A DNA stretch of 14,121 nucleotides from Promethearchaeia archaeon (GTDB taxonomy: Archaea; Asgardarchaeota; Lokiarchaeia; Sigyniarchaeales; SOKP01), in assembly GCA_046497275.1 (NCBI GenBank), contig JAWOFX010000152.1:1-14121 (forward strand). Reading direction: 5' to 3'. Under the pieces are notes generated by a model that saw only the letters and a program-made list of their open reading frames with translations, made no database searches and was not told the origin of the DNA. Made by a program: the position numbers and the translations under genes. Each line of letters begins with the position of its first letter. Positions within the stretch are counted from its first letter, which is position 1. Shown piece by piece: positions 7,313 through 14,121 of the stretch.

Positions 7313-7435
7313 ATTATTCTTATAAGAATAAAGTTACAATAAATATAAAAAAGGAAATCTATTAACTAAGAGGGTATTCTAGAATTTCTTATTCTTATAG
7401 TCATAGATCCGTTTAATATAATCAAATATAAAAAG

Positions 7436-8410
7436 GTGAAAAATATCATCAAGATTTTAGTAACAGGTGCTTTTGGTATCGTTGGAATGAGTGTTTTAGA
7501 TATTTTAATAGAAAAAAAGTATGAAGTTAGAATATTTGAAGTTAAAAATTTTAATAATTGGGTAAAATCTCAAAATTACAAGGATGATGCAGAGATTTTT
7601 TGGGGTGATATTAGAAATAAAGAAGATATCAATCATGCCTTAGAAGAAATTGATATTGTCATTCATTTAGCAGCCATCATTCCACCATTAGCTGATAAAG
7701 CACCGAATATAGCAGAAGAAGTTAATGTAGATGGAACACAGAATTTAATTGAAGCAATGGGAAATAAAGAAAATAAACCAAAATTAATATTCACATCATC
7801 AGTAGCGATCTATGGAGACAGAGTAAGTAATCCTCTTATTAAAATAGAGGATGAACCAAATCCGAATTCAACTGATCATTATGCCCAACAAAAGTTAAAG
7901 TGTGAAGATATGATTAAAAAGTCAGAATTAGATTGGGTCATTCTACGACTTACATATATCGTCTCACCTAAAAAAATTAAAATGGATCCTATAATGTTTG
8001 ATATGCCTTTAGATACTCATATAGAGGTATGTCATGCTAAAGATGTTGGATTAGCGATGGTTAATGCGATTGAATGTGAGAAAATATGGGGTAAAATCTT
8101 TCATATAGCAGGAGGTAACGAATGTAGAACTATATATAGAGAATATTTGAGAAAAATGTTTAATCTCTATGGAATAGGATTTGATGATTTCCCAGAAGCC
8201 GCATTTAGCAAAGGCGATTTTCATTGTGGTGATTTGGTGACGGATGAAAGCCAATCTCTTCTTAATTATCAGAGACATACGTTAAATGATTATTATGAAG
8301 AAGTTGAGGAGGAAATCGGATATTTGTATTATTTTATTAAATTATTCAGTTCTCTTGCTCAAAAATACTTACTTTATGAATCCAAATACTATAGAAAAGA
8401 AAATCATTAA
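7436..8410 (+). CDS. NAD-dependent epimerase/dehydratase (extended SDR), 324 aa, GTG start
   Basis: VTGAFGIVG (TGxxGxxG), WGDIRN, IHLAAI, NVDGTQNL, FTSSVAIYG and YAQQK (YxxxK). Confidence 0.93.
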   Translation: MKNIIKILVTGAFGIVGMSVLDILIEKKYEVRIFEVKNFNNWVKSQNYKDDAEIFWGDIRNKEDINHALEEIDIVIHLAAIIPPLADKAPNIAEEVNVDGTQNLIEAMGNKENKPKLIFTSSVAIYGDRVSNPLIKIEDEPNPNSTDHYAQQKLKCEDMIKKSELDWVILRLTYIVSPKKIKMDPIMFDMPLDTHIEVCHAKDVGLAMVNAIECEKIWGKIFHIAGGNECRTIYREYLRKMFNLYGIGFDDFPEAAFSKGDFHCGDLVTDESQSLLNYQRHTLNDYYEEVEEEIGYLYYFIKLFSSLAQKYLLYESKYYRKENH

Positions 8411-8550
8411 AAAGAGACTAAATTTTTTCTATAGAACATTTAAATTTTTAAATATTAATTTAAAAGAATTAGATTTTTAATATTAAATTATCTTATTCAA
8501 TCAAAAGGAACTATTAATTTTAACAAGAAATTCTTATCCAAAAAATTTCA

Positions 8551-9165
8551 ATGCCTAATATAGTTGAACCCGAGTTTGAGATAGATAAAAAAGGGAGAGT
8601 GCTCTGTAAATCTCATTCTAAATACGAATTTTTTAAAAAGCCAACTCTAACAAGAGCCCAAGAAATAGCTTTGGAAAAGCAATTGACATGCGAAACATGC
8701 TCTCATTATTTAAAAGATGATTGTTATTTTCCACGATCCCAGATTAACTTAATAGAGGATGATAGGAAAAATAGAAATGTATTCAAATGTAAATTATGCG
8801 GTAATAAAATTGATAGAATGTTAACTATTATCTATAAGCTATATTATAAAGAAAAATATGATATTGAAATTCCATTGGTTTGTTGCCTTTGTTATGATTC
8901 TCTTAAGAAGGATAAATTTATAGAAATCTCAAAAAAACGAATAAATTTAGCGTTTATCCCCTTTATAGTGAACATTTTTTTATGGGCTGTTATTATAATT
9001 TATAGCTATATGTTCTCCGCTATTCCACTCTCTCTCCTCTTAGTAATTATTTTTATCTTATTTAATTACGAATTATATCGATACATAAAAAAGCGGAAAG
9101 GTATAGAAAAGGGCATGAAATATTATAATAAAAACTTTATAGACTCAAAAGATGATGATTTGTGA
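8551..9165 (+). CDS. Hypothetical Cys-rich, probably metal-binding membrane protein, 204 aa
   Basis: CKSH, CETCSHYLKDDC, CKLC and CCLC motifs followed by a hydrophobic stretch of about 45 residues (likely 2 TM helices) and a basic tail. Clean ORF. Confidence 0.7.
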   Translation: MPNIVEPEFEIDKKGRVLCKSHSKYEFFKKPTLTRAQEIALEKQLTCETCSHYLKDDCYFPRSQINLIEDDRKNRNVFKCKLCGNKIDRMLTIIYKLYYKEKYDIEIPLVCCLCYDSLKKDKFIEISKKRINLAFIPFIVNIFLWAVIIIYSYMFSAIPLSLLLVIIFILFNYELYRYIKKRKGIEKGMKYYNKNFIDSKDDDL

Positions 9166-9167
9166 TT

Positions 9168-10280
9168 TTATCCTAAATTCCCTGCCCATCCTCTCACTCT
9201 TTTCCGCATATCTTCCTGATTGTTAATTATCTCTTTCAATTGTTCTGAATTTTTATTTTTAAGATTAACGAGTTTAGGTACAAAATCATAATAAATAAAA
9301 TGATTCTTACAAATTTTTGAAATGAAAGTATCCGGAATCTTTTTAGGATTATCCTTAAAATCTTGGTAATTTTCTTCCCATTTATTTAAAAACTCACCAC
9401 TCTCTTCATTATGTTCAAAGACGGGGAGAATCCCTAAACCATTTGGAGTTGTAACTGCTATATTCGCATATTTTAAAGAAAATCGATTTCCATTAAATGA
9501 TATTGCGATTCCTCCTTCAGTATTCAATCTCTCGAGCATATTAATATCTGTTATAGAATCCCCAATCGCAATCATCTCCTTTATAGGAATATTTGTCCTT
9601 TCTGAAATATTTTCCACTGCAAGTTCCTTTCTCTTACCTCCTCTCACTTTAATTTCATTCATTACTCTGAGGTATTCATTTTTCTCTCCTTTCCAAAAAA
9701 ATTCATTTAGATCTTCTATAACAGCAGCTAAATTTTTATTATTATCTATATATTTTTGAAATATTTCCTTTACTAATTTATCGACACTCTCGGTTATATT
9801 AGTTGATTTTTTTTTCAATTCTGAAATAGGAAAATCCGTACAATATACATGATCTTGGGGAATATTAAGCTCACTAGTCACTTGGTAAGCAAATTGTGAA
9901 TAACTGGTAGAAATTACAAAAACTTTCCAATCTTTATGCAATATAGCCATTAACTCTCTTATTCCCGGTAGAATGCCGAGATTATCTCGCGCTAATTCCT
10001 TAAGTTCCTCATCAGAGAAACATGCAACATACATAGGTGCCATAATTCTTAAAGTGTCTCCAGGTTGATAATTTGGAATACCTAATTTTTCTTTTATTCC
10101 CGGAGTATCAATCAAATAATCATCATATAGGGAAATCATAAAAAAGAATTCGCCCATATCATAATTTTGGAGCCCCAACTCAGATTTTTCTCCTAATAAT
10201 TTCCCTATTTCTGCTGCGAAATCAATAACAGATATCGGACCTTCGAGATCCCAACAGCAGACTTTCTTTCTTTTCGACAT
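9168..10280 (-). CDS. HAD-superfamily hydrolase, COG4030/MJ1437(EhaR)-like, 370 aa
   Basis: Motif I variant WDLEGPIS..DFA, SLYDDYL, YQPGDTL, motif II VISTSY, motif IV IGDSITD and ISFNGN. Subfamily name is from memory. Confidence 0.75.
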   Translation of the reverse strand: MSKRKKVCCWDLEGPISVIDFAAEIGKLLGEKSELGLQNYDMGEFFFMISLYDDYLIDTPGIKEKLGIPNYQPGDTLRIMAPMYVACFSDEELKELARDNLGILPGIRELMAILHKDWKVFVISTSYSQFAYQVTSELNIPQDHVYCTDFPISELKKKSTNITESVDKLVKEIFQKYIDNNKNLAAVIEDLNEFFWKGEKNEYLRVMNEIKVRGGKRKELAVENISERTNIPIKEMIAIGDSITDINMLERLNTEGGIAISFNGNRFSLKYANIAVTTPNGLGILPVFEHNEESGEFLNKWEENYQDFKDNPKKIPDTFISKICKNHFIYYDFVPKLVNLKNKNSEQLKEIINNQEDMRKRVRGWAGNLG

Positions 10281-10479
10281 TTTATCTATTTTTTTTATTT
10301 TAATAATTCCAATTATATTATTTTCGAGTAATAAAATTTAATTAAACTTTTTATTAAATAATTGATATTGAAAACTGTTTCTAATAAAAACTATGGTTAA
10401 CTAATCAAAATTTAAATTTCATCGCTAAAATTAGAATCTTTTTCTATAAAACTGTAATAGATCCAAGTATTACAAGATC

Positions 10480-10965
10480 TTATAATTTTCCAAAAATTTC
10501 TTTCAGACTTTTTTCTTTATTTTCTTTTCTGAGAATTTCTCGCCAATTAGGTTCTATTATATTAAAAGCTTGAATTGTTAATTCTTTGATTTCCTCATCC
10601 TCTGAATTTAAAAAAGAAGAAATATATGCAAGTGCTCGCTTATCCTTTATTCTCATAAGGCTTTCTATTATTGTTATTATTCTATATTTATTAGGATAAT
10701 CTTTATTTTGTTCATTATTTAACCTTTCAATAATCGCCCTAGTAGCTTTTGGATTTCCTATTCTACCTAATGCTTCTATTAAATGATTTACAACATTAAA
10801 ATTCTCTTCTTTTAATAAGGCTTTTACCATAAGATTTACAGCTCGACCGTCTTGCATATACCCAAGGGATCTTACTGCTTCTACTCGATCTTCCCAGTGC
10901 TCAGCATGAAACATTTCTCTAATTAATTCATTAAAATCCGCATCTCTTGACTTTTCTTCTGACAT
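10480..10965 (-). CDS. HEAT-repeat (PBS-lyase-like) protein, 161 aa
   Basis: Repeats RVEAVRSLGYMQDGRAVNLM, LIEALGRIGNPKATRAI and IIESLMRIKDKRALAYI. Confidence 0.85.
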   Translation of the reverse strand: MSEEKSRDADFNELIREMFHAEHWEDRVEAVRSLGYMQDGRAVNLMVKALLKEENFNVVNHLIEALGRIGNPKATRAIIERLNNEQNKDYPNKYRIITIIESLMRIKDKRALAYISSFLNSEDEEIKELTIQAFNIIEPNWREILRKENKEKSLKEIFGKL

Positions 10966-11100
10966 CTCTAAGTTTCAAAATATTTTTGATTTTATTATAA
11001 ATTGATGTTTATTAATCATAATTGCATATAGGAATCTTCAGAATTTATTAAAAGAGAAATTTTATGAGGAGAAAAAAGATTCTAGAAATAAAAATAAAAA

Positions 11101-12423
11101 TTATTTAGATAATAAGGAATTCATATGATCAATTCTTTTCTGAAGTAAAGATTGAGTTCCTACATCTTTTCTATGAAATAAATTTCCGTGGATAAATTCT
11201 ACACCTTTTTCTGCTATTTGTTCTGCTTTTTCTAAAGTTTTTTCTATTCCTAAGACACCTATAGCTCGCGAAGTGGTGGTATATATATTACCATCTTTTT
11301 TATACACAGATGCATAATAATATTTTGACCCAGCTTTTTTCAAACCATCCTCATCAATAGAGATTAATTGATCCTTTTGAGGAGATTTTGGATAACCTTT
11401 AGGTGCCAAATATTTACATACAGTTGCTTTATTTTCAAATTCTATATCAATGGTTAAATTTTCATTAATTATCCTATTACAGATATCAACAAAATTTGTT
11501 TTTAATATTGGTAAAATATTCATTGCTTCAGGATCACCGAGTCTTGCATTAAACTCAATTAACTTGATTCCTTTAGTAGTTTTCATAAATTGACCATATA
11601 AAAAACCCTTATATTTTGTGTTTATTTCTGCTTTAATGGCCGCAACAACTTGTTTCATATCTTCTAATGCTCTCTCCACATCATCTTCTGTAATAAAGGG
11701 CATTAGATGATTTGCCATAGAATAGGATCCCATCCCTCCAGTATTAGGACCCTCATCTCCTTCATATGCTCTTTTATGATCCTGTACTAAGGGGCTACTT
11801 ACGACGTTCTTTCCATCAACGAAAGTCTGAAGTGTAAATTCCTCTCCATCCAATTTTTCCTCTAGAATAAAATGCTGCTTTTGCTCAACTAGTTTTTTAC
11901 AATACTCAATCATGTCTTTCTTACTAAAAAGATGATCCCCGAATACTTTTACTCCTTTTCCGCCTGTTAATCCATCTGGTTTAACAACTAAATTTTGCGC
12001 CCCTATCTTGTCTATATATTCTTCAACACCTTCCATAGATTTATAGCTTTTACATTCCGCATTGGATTGTATCTTATATTTTTCTAATAAATTTCTCATA
12101 AAAATTTTTGAACCTTCAATCTGGGCTGCTTCTATTTTAGGTCCAACACAAGCAAATCCATTACTCTCTAGAGCATTTACAATCCCCACGCAAAGAGGAT
12201 TTTCAGGTCCTATGACCGCAAAATCAATCTTATTTTCTTTAGAAAATGCTATAATTTCTTTAAAATCCGTTTCTGAATGAATTTTTATACGGTGTCTGCT
12301 TAAATCATCCAATCCAGCATTTTTAAAACTCATAAAAGCATATAAATCTGCCCCGCCATTAACTAAAGCCTCTCCAATAACATGTTCTCGAGCTCCATGT
12401 CCAACAACCAAAACATTTACCAT
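11101..12423 (-). CDS. purD: Phosphoribosylamine--glycine ligase (archaeal type), 440 aa
   Basis: GHGAREH, VIGPENPL, AAQIEGSK, VVKPDGLTGGKGV, EEKLDGEEF, QDHKRAYEGDEGPNTGGMGSYS, EFNARLGDPEA and FHRKDVG. Confidence 0.97.
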   Translation of the reverse strand: MVNVLVVGHGAREHVIGEALVNGGADLYAFMSFKNAGLDDLSRHRIKIHSETDFKEIIAFSKENKIDFAVIGPENPLCVGIVNALESNGFACVGPKIEAAQIEGSKIFMRNLLEKYKIQSNAECKSYKSMEGVEEYIDKIGAQNLVVKPDGLTGGKGVKVFGDHLFSKKDMIEYCKKLVEQKQHFILEEKLDGEEFTLQTFVDGKNVVSSPLVQDHKRAYEGDEGPNTGGMGSYSMANHLMPFITEDDVERALEDMKQVVAAIKAEINTKYKGFLYGQFMKTTKGIKLIEFNARLGDPEAMNILPILKTNFVDICNRIINENLTIDIEFENKATVCKYLAPKGYPKSPQKDQLISIDEDGLKKAGSKYYYASVYKKDGNIYTTTSRAIGVLGIEKTLEKAEQIAEKGVEFIHGNLFHRKDVGTQSLLQKRIDHMNSLLSK

Positions 12424-12687
12424 TTTGAATCAGATTTGGAACTATTATTTCAATTATAACATTTAATGATTTTTCAAATAATAATATATTAATTAATAAT
12501 ATTCTAAAAATTAGAATCTTATTTCAGAAATAGATAAAATGTGTAAATTTTTAATGATTTTAATTCTATAGTTAATAATATTTAGTCAATTCGATTAAAT
12601 AGGGACGAATATTAATCATAATAGAGTTTTTCAAATTCAAAATTAAATAATTATTGTTATTATAAATTATTAAAGTGATGATAAAAG

Positions 12688-14067
12688 ATGTATCTGAAGC
12701 AAATTATTAATAATTGGAAAAATCCAGAATTATTTGAAAAAAAAATATCAATAGATAAAAATAATATTCTGAAACTCATAGCAGCAGCTCATTGGGCTCC
12801 TTCTGCTGAAAATCAACAAGTTTGGAAATTTTTAGTAGTTGATAAGAGGAAGATTAAGGAGATTGTTAAAGAAGCGGTTAATAAACAAGATCCCAGATTA
12901 AGCGCGACTAAGCATAAAATTGAAAAACCAATATTAAATGCAAAATTTGTTTTTAGTACTGAAAATTTTGACGCATTAAAAGATAAATATAAAGATTTTA
13001 TTGAAGATTCTCATGAAAATGATATAAGGTGTGCAGAAACAGCTTCTCTTTTTATTATTTATATCCACTCGAAAAAATTTTTAGGAAATACATTTGGAGC
13101 GAGTGAAATTGGAGCTGCAGTGATTAATACGATTATCGAATCATATAACTTAGGATATAATTGCAGATGGATTAGGAATTTTGATAGAAAATATCTTATA
13201 GAAAATCTTAACATTCCTGATAACTATATAATTAATTCAATTCTAGCTGTTGGGAGGGAGAGAGAAAGCGAAAACCTTCTGGAAATTGATAAAAAAGACC
13301 TTAATGATTTTTTCTATATTAACATGTGGGAAAATATTGGTGATTTTTCAAATTATCAAAATCAACAAGATTTTAATGAATATGATGTAGAAGCTGTTGA
13401 CGCAATTCTTGACAGACGTTCTATTAGGGATTTTAATGAAGAAAAAAATATTCCCCGGGGTATTAAATATGAATTAATGAAAGCTGCAATAATGGTTCCC
13501 CTTACAATTTCTAAACCATATATAAAAATCATAATGTTAGAGGATTCAGATAAGATTCAACAAATAGCTAACAATTCTAAAATAGTAATTAGAAGACAAA
13601 AACATGTTCAACAAGTTCCACTAATATATGTATTAGCCTATGATTGTTCTAATAATTCAGCCGCTTTTTACTCTGAGGGTGATACTGGAGCTATAATTCA
13701 GAACATTCTTTTAAGAGCTCATTCCTTAGGTATCGGTTCATGTTGGATTGGTGCATTTAACCGTGAAATGACTAAGAACATATTAAATATTCCCGAATAT
13801 TGGCACATCCCGACCTTAGCGGTTCTAGGATATCCAAATGATTATCCGCCTCCAACTCCTCGAAAAGATTTAGGAAAGATTTGTTATTATAATAAATGGA
13901 AAAATCGGATTAAAAAACGAAAAAGAAGCCTAATGCCTTCCTCACACTTTTTAAGTATTCTCTTTCGCAGAATGAGAAACGGAGAACAAAAATCAATTTT
14001 AAGAGAGCGAAAAGTTGGACAAATAAAAAATATACCAGAATTTCAAAATTTAAAAGAATCTGAATAA
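12688..14067 (+). CDS. Tandem two-domain nitroreductase-family flavoprotein, 459 aa
   Basis: Domain 1: AAHWAPSAENQQVWKFLVV and GAAVINTIIESYNLG. Domain 2: AILDRRSIRDF, DTGAIIQNILLRAHSLGIGSCWIGAF and LAVLGYP...PRK. Confidence 0.9.
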   Translation: MYLKQIINNWKNPELFEKKISIDKNNILKLIAAAHWAPSAENQQVWKFLVVDKRKIKEIVKEAVNKQDPRLSATKHKIEKPILNAKFVFSTENFDALKDKYKDFIEDSHENDIRCAETASLFIIYIHSKKFLGNTFGASEIGAAVINTIIESYNLGYNCRWIRNFDRKYLIENLNIPDNYIINSILAVGRERESENLLEIDKKDLNDFFYINMWENIGDFSNYQNQQDFNEYDVEAVDAILDRRSIRDFNEEKNIPRGIKYELMKAAIMVPLTISKPYIKIIMLEDSDKIQQIANNSKIVIRRQKHVQQVPLIYVLAYDCSNNSAAFYSEGDTGAIIQNILLRAHSLGIGSCWIGAFNREMTKNILNIPEYWHIPTLAVLGYPNDYPPPTPRKDLGKICYYNKWKNRIKKRKRSLMPSSHFLSILFRRMRNGEQKSILRERKVGQIKNIPEFQNLKESE

Positions 14068-14121
14068 ATTTAACTAGATCAATTATAAAATTAGAAGATT
14101 AAGATAATATATACTTTTCAA

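Noticed and set aside
350-8480. Antisense or overlapping ORF-track entries (350..604, 639..836, 1597..2121, 1958..2140, 2940..3359, 3414..3734, 4450..4761, 4685..4969, 5178..5471, 6012..6296, 8051..8278, 8286..8480; also 12062..12280)
   Set aside because: Each shadows a well-supported gene or pseudogene and has no recognisable motif.
10427-12520. AAAATTAGAATCTT repeated upstream of the HAD gene (10427-10440) and purD (12507-12520), with a partial inverted match at 11076-11084
   Set aside because: A 14-mer this AT-rich is expected by chance in a window of this composition, and distances to the start codons are inconsistent.
13912-13926. KKRKR as a nuclear-localisation-like signal
   Set aside because: Lys-rich runs are expected from AT-rich codon bias, and there is no functional context in a prokaryote.
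1-14121. CRISPR array, tRNA, rRNA or integrase
   Set aside because: No regularly spaced repeats, cloverleaf-like GC-rich segment or recombinase motif was seen. Intergenic gaps are short and AT-rich.

Overview
AT-rich (roughly 30% GC by eye) archaeal-looking chromosomal window. Inferred to be Asgard/Lokiarchaeia-like from the archaeal-type PurD, the HTH_10 regulator, the COG4030-like HAD protein and oligo-T terminators; taxonomy cannot be proven from the sequence. The left 5.2 kb is a decaying accessory block: a frameshifted remnant of a DUF4153/DUF4173-like membrane protein gene, a 5'-truncated paralog of a membrane M28 peptidase, an intact translationally coupled corrinoid protein + UroD/MtaA-fold methyltransferase pair, an FGGY (xylulokinase-like) kinase broken by a nonsense codon and a 1-nt deletion, and a 42-codon hydrophobic ORF resembling the tail of a GPH-type sugar transporter. 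The methyltransferase-kinase cassette is bracketed by two same-orientation copies of the M28 gene. The right 9 kb shows no visible lesions: full M28 peptidase, HTH_10 regulator divergent from an extended SDR (palindromic operator-like sites between them), Cys-rich membrane protein, HAD hydrolase, HEAT-repeat protein, purD, and a tandem-domain nitroreductase whose two halves have lost complementary FMN-binding motifs. No rRNA, tRNA, CRISPR array or transposase was recognised. All family calls come from motif recognition, not database searches.
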